A DNA stretch of 64,000 nt from an uncultured Gemmatimonadales bacterium (GTDB lineage: Bacteria > Gemmatimonadota > Gemmatimonadetes > Gemmatimonadales > Gemmatimonadaceae), in NCBI GenBank assembly GCA_963850905.1, contig CAWKMU010000003.1:1280001-1344000 (forward strand), given 5' to 3'. Numbering within the stretch: position 1 is the first letter of the stretch; each line of letters starts with the position of its first letter. Below are positions 1 to 9,282 of this stretch, piece by piece. The notes under the pieces were generated by a model, which made no database searches, was not told the origin of the DNA, and saw nothing but the letters and a program-made list of their open reading frames with translations. The position numbers and the translations under genes were made by a program.

Positions 1-4
1 ATCA

Positions 5-658
5 ATGTCCAGCCGTGTCGTGGCCGTTGCAGCACTCATTATTGGATCCGCGATGCTCGCGCAGCCCGCGGCCGCACAATACCGCGTGCACTATGGGTTC
101 TATTCCGCCCCGCCAATGGAGCCGTCGGTCACGCTCTATGGCGGGTACATGAACTTGGGACAGTACGTCAACGGGCCGCTAGGCACGAGTGTCTCGGGTG
201 GCGACGCGGGCCTCCTTGGCGGACAGGTCACGCTCCCGCTCTCACCCAACTTCGCGCTCGTCGGCAACGTCGCACACGCCAACTCGAACCTGGTCTTCTT
301 TGCCCCAACGGGTGGCGGCCCGACGATCGGCAACTCCGAAGTGTGGCTATTCGACGGTGATGTCCAGCTCAGCGCCCCGTTCCGGGGCTACGGCGCACAT
401 TGGGTCAATCCTTTCCTCCAGATCGGCGCCGGCGCGATGCGCTACGAAACGCAAAACAGCTTCGGTGGGACGAGCTCCACCAACTTCGCGTTCAACGTGG
501 GTGGCGGCCTCGACTACTATTTGTCCCGCGGCGTTGCGTTCCGGATCCTCGCCAAGGACTACATCGGTCACTGGGACAATCCGTCAGGGTATCCCTATTA
601 CAATGGGCGGTACACGGACAACTGGTCGATCAGTGGGGGGCTGTTGTTCGCGCTGTGA
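5..658 (+). CDS. Outer-membrane beta-barrel (OmpA-like/porin family) protein
   Basis: Signal peptide (…AQPAAA|Q), alternating beta strands, PFLQIGAG and FAFNVGGGLDY motifs, aromatic residue near the C-terminus. Confidence 0.75.
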   Translation: MSSRVVAVAALIIGSAMLAQPAAAQYRVHYGFYSAPPMEPSVTLYGGYMNLGQYVNGPLGTSVSGGDAGLLGGQVTLPLSPNFALVGNVAHANSNLVFFAPTGGGPTIGNSEVWLFDGDVQLSAPFRGYGAHWVNPFLQIGAGAMRYETQNSFGGTSSTNFAFNVGGGLDYYLSRGVAFRILAKDYIGHWDNPSGYPYYNGRYTDNWSISGGLLFAL

Positions 659-2102
659 CTCTTGCACGCCACCGGACGCGCCAGAACAACCATCCCCCCA
701 CCGCCACAAACGCTAAAGCGCCGCCCACGACTTTGAGCTCGAACATGGCGGTGGCGCCCGGCTCCGGTGGAATGCACGCGATCCCCATCGCGAACAGCGT
801 CACGAACAGACCTGCCAGCGCGAAGGCGGCTTTGCCGACGGCACCGCCGGGCACGACCGTCGGCATCCCTGCGATGCGAACGGGCTCAATGAGCAGGCAG
901 AGAAACAGATAAATGAATGGGAGGAAGTACAGGAGCGTCTGGGTGTCTTGCAGGATCAGGTAGACGCGCTCCACCGTCGTGCCACGCCCTATGACGTACA
1001 CGAGCAGCAGGCAGCTCGCGATCACCCCTTGCACCAGCACGGCGACGTAGGGCGTCCCCCAGCGAGGGTGAATGCGGCCGAACGCGGGCGGAAAGTATCG
1101 GTCCAACCCGATCACCAGTGCGATGCGAGCTGGACCGCCCAGCCAGGCGCCGACGCACCCAACGGTTCCCAGTACGTACGCCGCTGCCGCGACCGGCGCG
1201 GCCCACGCTAACACGGGTCCGACATGGCCGGCGCCGGTCTGAATCGCCTGCAGAAACCCGGACACGATGTTGATGGACGGCACCGGCATGAGCCACAGCA
1301 GTGCCACTGTGCCAACGATGTAGAGGCTCGCGACCAGCGGTGCTGAGACATAGACCGCCCGGGGAAGCGTGCGGGTGGGGTCCTTGATCTCTCCGCCAAG
1401 TGAGGCGCCCAGCTCCATCCCCGCGAAGGCGAAGGCAATGGTCGCCCAGAGATTCACGGTCGGAAGCGATGTGAAGTGGGGCACGAATGCGCGGGCGGTG
1501 AACGCGTTTGCCGGGGACCGCGAGAATGCGACCGCGATTCCGACCGCGACGAGAATTGCACCGGTGAGGTAGAAGCCGGAGCCGCCCAGATTCTGGAGCC
1601 ACTTGCCGGTGCTGACGCCAACCACGTTGAACGCGACCGCGATCCAGAGGGCGATCAATGTTGTGGGCAGCACGTAATACCAGCTGTCGCCCAGTCCGCT
1701 GTTGCCAAGCCCGACGCCGTAGGTCGCAACCACGGCGGCCGTCATCAGGAGCTGGGGATAGTAGAGAACGTTCACGATCCAGTAACACCAGCCGCAGAGA
1801 AATGCGTGGCCGTCGCCGAAGCGCTGCTTCGTCCACGCATAGATGCCGCCCTCGCTCGGGTATCGTGCGGACAGCTGCGCGACCGCCAGGCCCTGGGGCA
1901 CGAAGAAGAGCAGGGCTGCGAGGATCCACAGCGTGATCGCGCTCGGTCCGGATTTCGCCGCCGTGTTGAGCCACCGGAGCGAGAGGATGGCGACGAGATT
2001 GAACAGCACGAGGTCGCGCAAACCGAGCTCGCGACGCAGACCCCGGGTCCCTTCGGCCGCCGGAGCAGCCTCGTCGAGCGGCGTGGTGACCGTCTCGGTC
2101 AT
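630..2102 (-). CDS. APC-family amino acid/polyamine permease
   Basis: 490 aa, about 12 TM segments, LRRELGLRDL, YPSEGGIYAW, FAFAGME, HPRWGTP motifs. Confidence 0.9.
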   Translation of the reverse strand: MTETVTTPLDEAAPAAEGTRGLRRELGLRDLVLFNLVAILSLRWLNTAAKSGPSAITLWILAALLFFVPQGLAVAQLSARYPSEGGIYAWTKQRFGDGHAFLCGWCYWIVNVLYYPQLLMTAAVVATYGVGLGNSGLGDSWYYVLPTTLIALWIAVAFNVVGVSTGKWLQNLGGSGFYLTGAILVAVGIAVAFSRSPANAFTARAFVPHFTSLPTVNLWATIAFAFAGMELGASLGGEIKDPTRTLPRAVYVSAPLVASLYIVGTVALLWLMPVPSINIVSGFLQAIQTGAGHVGPVLAWAAPVAAAAYVLGTVGCVGAWLGGPARIALVIGLDRYFPPAFGRIHPRWGTPYVAVLVQGVIASCLLLVYVIGRGTTVERVYLILQDTQTLLYFLPFIYLFLCLLIEPVRIAGMPTVVPGGAVGKAAFALAGLFVTLFAMGIACIPPEPGATAMFELKVVGGALAFVAVGGWLFWRVRWRARVTARTTAPH

Positions 2103-2112
2103 ATGCGCACCG

Positions 2113-2862
2113 TCAGCGATCCGCCTTCAGAAACAGTCGCTCCGGGTCGAGCCGGTGGCGGAGCAGCTGTAGGTCAGCGGCGGTCGGGGGCTCGACGCTG
2201 GCGAGCGGTTCGCGGCACCGGAGCGACCAGCCCACATGGCGAGCGACCTGGTCGGCCGTCACCGCCGGGTAAAGCGCCGTGAGGACCAGCTCTCCCGTTT
2301 CGGGGTCGGGCTCGAGGACTCCGCTGTCCGTGATGACCTTGACCGGACCGGCGCCTGGGAGCGCAGGGCCATGCCGACGCACGCCGCGATAGACGTGACC
2401 CGGCGACGTGACGAAATCCACGGCCTCGGGGAAGGCGCGCCGATTGAGCTTGGCGATCACGAGGGTCCGGCGGGCGTGGGTGGCGATCTCGGCCGCCCCC
2501 CCACTTCCGGGCAGCCGGATCTTCGGTCGCTCGTATGGTCCGATGACGGTCGTGTTGATGTTGCCCCAGCGGTCGATCTGGGCCGCACCGAGAAAGCCGA
2601 CCTCGATGCGACCGTTCTGCAGCATCGCTTGAAACACGTCCGCCATCCCGCACACCATGAGCGCGCCGGCGACGAGCGATGGATCGCCAATCGACACGGG
2701 AAGTCGTTCGGGCACGGCCCCGACCGCCCCAGACTCGTAGATGAGGACCAATCGAGGGGCGTGCGTCGCCCGAGCGAGGTTGCACGCCAGGTTGGGAAGA
2801 CCGATTCCGACGAAGACGACCTCTCCGTCGCGCAGCTCGCGAGCCGCAACGACGGTCATCAT
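2113..2862 (-). CDS. CoA-transferase beta subunit (glutaconate/3-oxoadipate type)
   Basis: VFVGIGLP, LIYESG, GAAQIDRWGNINTT, RLPGSGGA; true start may be ACG at 2892. Confidence 0.9.
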   Translation of the reverse strand: MMTVVAARELRDGEVVFVGIGLPNLACNLARATHAPRLVLIYESGAVGAVPERLPVSIGDPSLVAGALMVCGMADVFQAMLQNGRIEVGFLGAAQIDRWGNINTTVIGPYERPKIRLPGSGGAAEIATHARRTLVIAKLNRRAFPEAVDFVTSPGHVYRGVRRHGPALPGAGPVKVITDSGVLEPDPETGELVLTALYPAVTADQVARHVGWSLRCREPLASVEPPTAADLQLLRHRLDPERLFLKADR

Positions 2863-2881
2863 CTCGTCGGGCGAATAGGCG

Positions 2882-3776
2882 TCAGTAGCCGTAGTTGACT
2901 CCGGCGCAGACGCGCTCGCTGGCGCGCAGGCGAGCGTCGATCCCTGGATACTGCGCTAGATATGCCTGCCGATCGGCGACACCAAAGACATGGGTATCGA
3001 GATACGACGCGAGTCGCGCGGGGTCGCGCGAGATCGCCTCCCACGCCACGTAGAACTCGTTATCGCGATCGTAGTAGCCCTGCGCGTAGGATGGGTGAGC
3101 GCCCCACGGTTCGACGACGACGGCATCGACGACGAATCCGGGGACAACGGTTCGATTCGGGATCCGCGCGGATGACGTGCTCGTCGACCAGTTCCTCGAC
3201 GACGACGATCACGCGGCGCGAGGCGAAGGCCGCTTCCCGTTGGACGCCGAGGAGGCCCCAGATCTGCGTGTTGCCCTCCGCGTCGGCCCGTTGCGCGTGG
3301 ATGATCGTGACGTCGGGATTGAGGGCGGGTACCGCGGCGAGGCGCTCGCCCGTGTAAGGACAGGTGACGCTGGCGATGCGGGGGTTGGCTCCGGGCAGGT
3401 CCGTGCTCGCGTAGTCGCGGAGTGGCCAGAAGGGCAGCCGGGCGGCGCCGGCCGACAGGCGCGCGACCATGCCGAAGTGCGAGTACTCCTCGATCTCGAG
3501 GGCGGTGCGTCCGCCGGCCGCCTGCTCGACTGCGCGCCGGAATGCGTGGAGCGATCCGGCGCCGGGGTTGCCCGCCCAAGAGAACACGAGCTTCCGCGCA
3601 CATCCCGCCGCGATCATCTGGTCGTAGACGAGGTCCGGCGTCAGCCGGCAGAGCGTGAGGTCGCGTCGATGTTGGCGGATGATCTCGTGTCCCGCCGCGA
3701 AGCAGATGAGATGCGTGAATCCCTCGATGACGACCGTGTCGCCGTCGCGCACGTGTGCGGCGACGGCCTCGCGCAT
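2882..3776 (-). CDS. CoA-transferase alpha subunit, +1 frameshift at about 3160 (probable assembly error)
   Basis: EGFTHLI…HAQRADAEGN in one frame; removing one base in the 3159-3161 run continues DPNRTVVPG…GAHPSYAQGYYDRD…VNYGY* to 2882. May start at GTG 3849 with a second shift. Confidence 0.85.
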
Positions 3777-3845
3777 GGAGGTGACCTTTCCTGCCCGGCG
3801 CGGCCCGATCCCCCGGATGAGCCGCGTGTGCCGCCGGCTCCGGGC

Positions 3846-5246
3846 TCACGTCACCGCGGCGAGACACTCATCGAGGATCGCGAGTCCGGTATCGATGTCG
3901 TCCGCGTCGACCACGAGCGGTGGGGCGAGGCGCAGCGTGCTACGGCCAGCGCCGAGCAGCAGCAGTCCTTTCGTGAAAGCCAGCTGCACCAGGTCGTGCA
4001 CAAGCGCCGACGCGGGCTCGCGCGTCGCGCGGTCCGCGACGAACTCGATGCCGACCATGAGACCGAGACCGCGGACGTCTCCGATCGCCGTATAGCGCTT
4101 GGCCAGGCTGCGGGCGCCCAGGAGCAACCGCTCACCCATCGCTGCCGCGTTGGCCATGTATTCTCGCTCGACGAGGTCGAGCGTTGTGAGCGCAGCGGCA
4201 CAGCATACGGGGTTGCCGCCAAACGTCGAGCCATGCGCGCCGGTCTCCCATTGCATGATCGACTCGCGCGCGATGATCGCACCCAGCGGCATACCCGATG
4301 CGAGTCCCTTCGCGGCGACGAGAATGTCCGGCTCGATCCCCGCGTGCTCGCACGCGAACATCTTGCCGGTTCGGCCGATGCCGCACTGAATCTCATCGGC
4401 CACGAGTAAAATGCCGTACTTGTCGCACAACGCGCGCAGCGCGCGCAGGTAGTCAGGGGGTGGGATGACGTAGCCGCCCTCACCCTGGATCGGCTCAACG
4501 AAGATCGCCGCGACATCGTGCGGGTCCAATTGCCGGGCGAAGAGGTCGCGCTCGATCTCGCCGACGCAAAACAGTCCGCATGCCGGGTAGTGCTTGTCGA
4601 ACTCGCAACGGTAGCAGTAGCCGAACGGTACGTGATACACCTCGGGCAGCAGCGGGCCGAAGCCCGCGTGCTGTCGCGCCTTGCTCGAGGTCAACGTCAT
4701 CGCGCCGTACGTTCGACCGTGGAAAGCGCCCTTGAACGCCACGAGCGCAGGCCGACGTGTCGAATTTCGCGCGAGCTTGATCGCGCCTTCGATCGCTTCG
4801 GTGCCGGAATTGGTGAGGAACACCCGCTTCTTGCTCGGTCCGGGTGCCAGGCGCGCCAGCCGCTCGCAGATGCCCGCCATGCCGTCGTAGTAGAAGTCGG
4901 ATCCGCAGATGTGCAGGAACCGGCCGGCCGCCTCAGAGATCGCTGCGACGACGGCGGGATGGCTATGTCCTGTCGCCGCGACGGCGATGCCGGCCATGAA
5001 ATCCAGGAAGCGGTTGCCGTCGACATCCTCGATCATGGCCCCCCGCCCGTGTGAAACCACAAGCGGGTATTCCTTGATGTACGAGGTCGACGTCCACTCG
5101 GCGTCGCGCTCGACGATGGCCCGCGCACGCGGACCAGGCGGCGTCACGAGCATGCGCGGATAGCTGCGCACCTCGGTGGCGGCGGCCGGCGCTGCCGCGC
5201 TCCCGGCCGGGAGGGTGATCGACTGAGGTGGCATGGATGGTGTCAT
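3846..5246 (-). CDS. Class III PLP aminotransferase (GABA/acetylornithine/diamine type)
   Basis: NSGTEA, FHGRT, EPIQGEGG, DEIQCGIGRTG, AKGLASG, HGSTFGGNP. Confidence 0.93.
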   Translation of the reverse strand: MTPSMPPQSITLPAGSAAAPAAATEVRSYPRMLVTPPGPRARAIVERDAEWTSTSYIKEYPLVVSHGRGAMIEDVDGNRFLDFMAGIAVAATGHSHPAVVAAISEAAGRFLHICGSDFYYDGMAGICERLARLAPGPSKKRVFLTNSGTEAIEGAIKLARNSTRRPALVAFKGAFHGRTYGAMTLTSSKARQHAGFGPLLPEVYHVPFGYCYRCEFDKHYPACGLFCVGEIERDLFARQLDPHDVAAIFVEPIQGEGGYVIPPPDYLRALRALCDKYGILLVADEIQCGIGRTGKMFACEHAGIEPDILVAAKGLASGMPLGAIIARESIMQWETGAHGSTFGGNPVCCAAALTTLDLVEREYMANAAAMGERLLLGARSLAKRYTAIGDVRGLGLMVGIEFVADRATREPASALVHDLVQLAFTKGLLLLGAGRSTLRLAPPLVVDADDIDTGLAILDECLAAVT

Positions 5247-5307
5247 GTAGCGGAAGCAGTCACGCGAGTGGTCTCTCGATCGGGTCAGAGCGGCCGGGGA
5301 CGCCGAG

Positions 5308-6441
5308 TTACTCGCGCTCGCGGCCGAGCGCTTTCAGAACCTCGCGGTCAAAGGCAACCGAGAGACTTTCGCGGGGGGAGTACGGCCCCGGCCGATACGC
5401 CGGCGACAGCACACCGCGCTGGCTCTCCTCGCAGATGTGCCAATCCTGGCGGTTGGTCATGTCCCAGAAGTCGACTCCGTCGGCTGGATCGAATCGCGGA
5501 TCTCGCAGTGTGTCCGCGTGGAACATCCAGCCGCACGTGATCATCGTGCGCTGCGCACCGGCCGGCCACAACGTATGGAACATGACGTAGTCGGGGTGCA
5601 GGCTCAGGAGCATGTTGGGGAAGATCGAGTAGTAGTAAACGCGATGATGGTCGTCGGGATCGAGCGCTGTCGAGACGGGCACGCCGCACGACCTGCCACT
5701 CATGGTCATGGAGCCCGCGTTCTCGTTGATCGTCATGAACCCGCCGAGGAACGGTCCCTCGAAAAGATCATTCTCGCCGCTGGTGGCGGGCGACAGCTTG
5801 ACGAGCGCGGGGTGTACCGGCGAGCAGTGATAGCACTCCGAGTAGTTCTGAAAGAGGAGCTTCCAGTTCGCTTGCACATCGTACTCGATGCGTCGAGCGG
5901 TCACGAGGGCCGGGAGGTCGAAGCGTCGGAACTTCTCCATCAGGGGTGCAAACGTCTCGTCGAAAGGCTCCGGGTCTGCGGCGAGGTTCACGAACACAAA
6001 CCCTTCCCACGCCCCGACGTGGACGGCATGCAGCGGATAGTCGGCCTTGTCGAAGCCTTCGAGATCGGCCGTCGAGGGCGCGCCGAGTAGTTGGCCGTCG
6101 AGCGCGTACGTCCATGAGTGGTAGGGGCACACGATCCGGTCGCCGACATTTCCGGATGCGGTCTCGCACAGGCGCGTGCCGCGGTGCCGGCAGGTATTGT
6201 GAAATGCCCGGACGCGCCCGGCTTTGTCGCGGAGGATGAGCACCCCCGCATCGCCTATCTGCCGGATGACGTAGTCGCCGGGATTCGGGAGCTCGTCCGC
6301 CCGGCCGACACACAGCCACCGGCGGAAGAAGATCTTCTGGATCTCGGCGGCGTAAATCTCGGGCGACGCGTAGAACTCACGGGGCAGGGTCCGCGCGCCA
6401 CCGATCGGAATCCGCGTCGAGTGAATGAACGTGCCCGTCAT
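5308..6441 (-). CDS. Rieske non-heme iron oxygenase alpha subunit (choline/glycine-betaine monooxygenase-like)
   Basis: CRH…CPYH Rieske ligands; NWK…NYSECYHCSPVHP and QD mononuclear-iron motif. Confidence 0.92.
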   Translation of the reverse strand: MTGTFIHSTRIPIGGARTLPREFYASPEIYAAEIQKIFFRRWLCVGRADELPNPGDYVIRQIGDAGVLILRDKAGRVRAFHNTCRHRGTRLCETASGNVGDRIVCPYHSWTYALDGQLLGAPSTADLEGFDKADYPLHAVHVGAWEGFVFVNLAADPEPFDETFAPLMEKFRRFDLPALVTARRIEYDVQANWKLLFQNYSECYHCSPVHPALVKLSPATSGENDLFEGPFLGGFMTINENAGSMTMSGRSCGVPVSTALDPDDHHRVYYYSIFPNMLLSLHPDYVMFHTLWPAGAQRTMITCGWMFHADTLRDPRFDPADGVDFWDMTNRQDWHICEESQRGVLSPAYRPGPYSPRESLSVAFDREVLKALGRERE

Positions 6442-6532
6442 ACGCCAGAAAGGTGGGTACCGGGTTGGCTTGGAGCCAGGGGCCGAAGGCGGGATCAGGG
6501 ATCAGAGGCCAACGACGACGACCTGCAACAAC

Positions 6533-6668
6533 CGGGCGGGCTGAAGCCCGCCCCTACATGTCGCCGCGAGGCCAAGATCTGGATTCGTCGACGACGATCG
6601 CAGGAGCGGGTAGCGCCCCAAATCTCCCTGTCAACACCGACATGTAGGGGCGGCCTTCAGGCCGCCCG
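6533..6668. repeat. Inverted pair of GTAG-type REP hairpins (REPIN-like doublet)
   Basis: 6533-6563 and 6638-6668 are 29/31 reverse complements; each has an 8-bp stem with a 4-nt loop next to GTAG. Confidence 0.85.
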
Positions 6669-6689
6669 CTGTGGTCGGTCGTGTTTCCG

Positions 6690-8342
6690 TTAGTCGTCCA
6701 GCATCTCCAACCTCGGTCGGCCATACTCGCGTTTGTCCGCGACCCGATCCAAGGCGCGTCGCGCACGGGGAGGCAGGGCAGGCAAAGCAGGGTCGTACTT
6801 GATCGTGTCGGTGGAGCCCTGCCCGGGCAGCGGAAGCTTCACACCGGGGTTGAGCAGTCCGTCGGGATCGAAGGCGGCCTTGACTGCGGTAAACAGTCGG
6901 AGTGCCGGACTGTCCGCCCCACCCCACATCGTTTCGAGCAGTGGTGCGCGCAGTCGACCGTCGCCGTGCTCCCCGGTGAGCGTCCCACCGAGCCCGCGGG
7001 TGAGCGCGGTTACCTCGGACAGCAGCTCGTTCACCTGATCACGCCAATCGGCCCGGCGTACGTCGATGAGCGGGTTCACGTGGACATGGGCGTCGCCGGC
7101 GTGTCCGAAGATCGCGCCGCGCACGCCCAGTCGATCGAGAGCTGCCCGCACTCCACGCACGTAGTCCGGCAGGCGGTCAGGTGGGACTGCCCCGTCCTCG
7201 ATGAACTGCATCGACTTGAGCGCGGGATCCAGCCGTGCGAGCGCGGGACTCGCGGCGTGGCGCAGCTCCCAAAGGGCAGCCTCGGCAGATTCGTCGAGCG
7301 CGAGTGCGACGTGCATGGCTCCCGCGTCGCGCAGTGCACGGTCGAGGTCGCGCGTCGCGTCCGCGAGGGTCGCGGCGTGTTCGCCCTCGAGCTCGATCAA
7401 CAGGACCACATCGGCGTCTGGCGCGACCATGGATGCGAACGCCCCCGCATGGGCTGGGTCGCGCACGAGATCCAAAAAGGTGCGATCGAGCATCTCGCAT
7501 GCGCTCGCGCCAGCTTCCCGTGCGACCGCAGCGCCAGCCACCGCCTCCTCGAGCGAGGGAAACGCGGCAAGGACACTGGTGGTGGTCGACGGACAGGGCG
7601 ATAGTGCCAGCTCGAGGCCGACGAACACGGCAAGTGTCCCTTCACTCCCCACGAGCAGATCGATCAGCTCCCCACTCAGCGCATACTGTGCGACCGCGTA
7701 GCCCGAGGAGTCCTTGCGGACGTGTCCGTGACGGAGCGCCGCGGGATCCGCCGCGCGGATGGCCGGGGCGACGTCGGCGACGAAGCGCTGAATCGGTGGT
7801 ATGTGCGCAGGGACCGGCCTACCGCGGCGCACCACCGCGCGCGTCCCGTCGCTGAACACACAATCGAGGGCCATGACCCAGGGACGCATCGAGCCGTACT
7901 TCAATGAGTGCGCGCCAGCCGCGTTGGTCGATGCCATCCCTCCGACCGTGCAAAATGCGCCGCTCGATGGGTCGACCGGGAAGCGCAGTCCGACGGCGTG
8001 CGCCGTGGCATCGACCTCATCACGACGGACGCCAGGACCGACCGAGATCCGCTGCCTGCCGACATCGACCGAGTCTACCTGCCGAAGCCGGCTCAGATCG
8101 AGGATCACTCCTGCGCCGACTGCACCGCCCGGCATGCTCGACCCCGATCCGCGCGAGATGAGCGACACGCCTTCCGTCCGCGCCCACGGGACGAGGACCT
8201 GGACATCGGATGTCGTTGCCGGGACGGCCACCGCGAGCGGCCACTGTTGCTGAATGCCGGCCGCTTCCGCGTACACCGCGCGGGACTCGGGGTCATCGCG
8301 AAAGATGCCGCCGAATGCCGGGGGCGGAGTCAGCACGCGCAC
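6690..8342 (-). CDS. FAD-binding oxidoreductase (GlcD/D-2-hydroxyacid dehydrogenase family)
   Basis: RGSGSS, PVDPSS, GGMASTNAAG, GSEGTL, GHAGDAHVH, GEHGDG, FDPDGLLNPG; start uncertain (8342-8396). Confidence 0.9.
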   Translation of the reverse strand: MRVLTPPPAFGGIFRDDPESRAVYAEAAGIQQQWPLAVAVPATTSDVQVLVPWARTEGVSLISRGSGSSMPGGAVGAGVILDLSRLRQVDSVDVGRQRISVGPGVRRDEVDATAHAVGLRFPVDPSSGAFCTVGGMASTNAAGAHSLKYGSMRPWVMALDCVFSDGTRAVVRRGRPVPAHIPPIQRFVADVAPAIRAADPAALRHGHVRKDSSGYAVAQYALSGELIDLLVGSEGTLAVFVGLELALSPCPSTTTSVLAAFPSLEEAVAGAAVAREAGASACEMLDRTFLDLVRDPAHAGAFASMVAPDADVVLLIELEGEHAATLADATRDLDRALRDAGAMHVALALDESAEAALWELRHAASPALARLDPALKSMQFIEDGAVPPDRLPDYVRGVRAALDRLGVRGAIFGHAGDAHVHVNPLIDVRRADWRDQVNELLSEVTALTRGLGGTLTGEHGDGRLRAPLLETMWGGADSPALRLFTAVKAAFDPDGLLNPGVKLPLPGQGSTDTIKYDPALPALPPRARRALDRVADKREYGRPRLEMLDD

Positions 8343-8343
8343 A

Positions 8344-9264
8344 CTATCGCAATGCGACGACGCGCGGCGGGTCGACGGAGTAGTCATAGAATCCACGCCC
8401 CGATTTGCGGCCGTACAGTCCCGCGGTCACCATCTGGCGAAGGAGAGGCGGTGGCGCGAATCGAGCTTCGCGGTACTCCGTGTACATGATCTCGGCGATG
8501 CGAAGGACCGTGTCGAGCCCGACAAAATCGAGGAGTGTCAGGGGGCCCATGGGATGCCCCGCCCCGAGTCGCATACCCGCGTCGATATCCGCCACCGACG
8601 CGACATCCTGCTCGACCGCGCGAATCGCGTCGAGCATGTAGGGCACGAGCAAGCGATTGACGACGAATCCTGAGGTATCGCGCGCGGCAATCGGTTGCTT
8701 CCCGACCCGACGAACGAACTCCGTTGCGCGGCCGATTGTGTCCTCACTCGTCATGATGGTTCGCACGACCTCGACGAGTGCCATCACCGGGACCGGATTG
8801 AAGAAGTGCAGACCGAGCATTCGGTCGGGGCGACCGCTCGCTACGGCCATTGCGGTCACTGTGAGGCTCGACGTGTTGGTCGCAAAGATCGTGTGCGGGG
8901 GCGCCTGCGCGTTGAGCGCGACCCACAGGGCGGTCTTCACCGACAGGTCCTCGACGACGGCTTCGATGATCAGGTCGCACGCTGCGACCGCGGCGAGATC
9001 GGTTCCGAACGACAGGTGACCGAGCGCCGCATCGCGATCCGCGGGCGTCAGTTTCTTCTTCTCGACGCCTACCGCGAGCGAGCGTTCGATGCGCGCTCGC
9101 GCTTGTGCCGCAAGTTCTGGCGAGATCTCGCGCAATCGCGTTTCCACTCCGGCGGCGGCGGCGATCTGCGCAATGCCGCTGCCCATGAGACCACCGCCAA
9201 CCACGCCGACCGAGGAGATGGGGGGGATGGGAGGGATTGGGGTCGAAGGTGAGGGCTGGGTCAC
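8344..9264 (-). CDS. 3-hydroxybutyryl/3-hydroxyacyl-CoA dehydrogenase
   Basis: GGGLMGSGIA, EAVVE, TNTSSL, GLHFFNP, GFVVNR, GRKSGRGFY. Confidence 0.95.
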   Translation of the reverse strand: MTQPSPSTPIPPIPPISSVGVVGGGLMGSGIAQIAAAAGVETRLREISPELAAQARARIERSLAVGVEKKKLTPADRDAALGHLSFGTDLAAVAACDLIIEAVVEDLSVKTALWVALNAQAPPHTIFATNTSSLTVTAMAVASGRPDRMLGLHFFNPVPVMALVEVVRTIMTSEDTIGRATEFVRRVGKQPIAARDTSGFVVNRLLVPYMLDAIRAVEQDVASVADIDAGMRLGAGHPMGPLTLLDFVGLDTVLRIAEIMYTEYREARFAPPPLLRQMVTAGLYGRKSGRGFYDYSVDPPRVVALR

Positions 9265-9282
9265 TCCACAGGCGGTGCCGGT

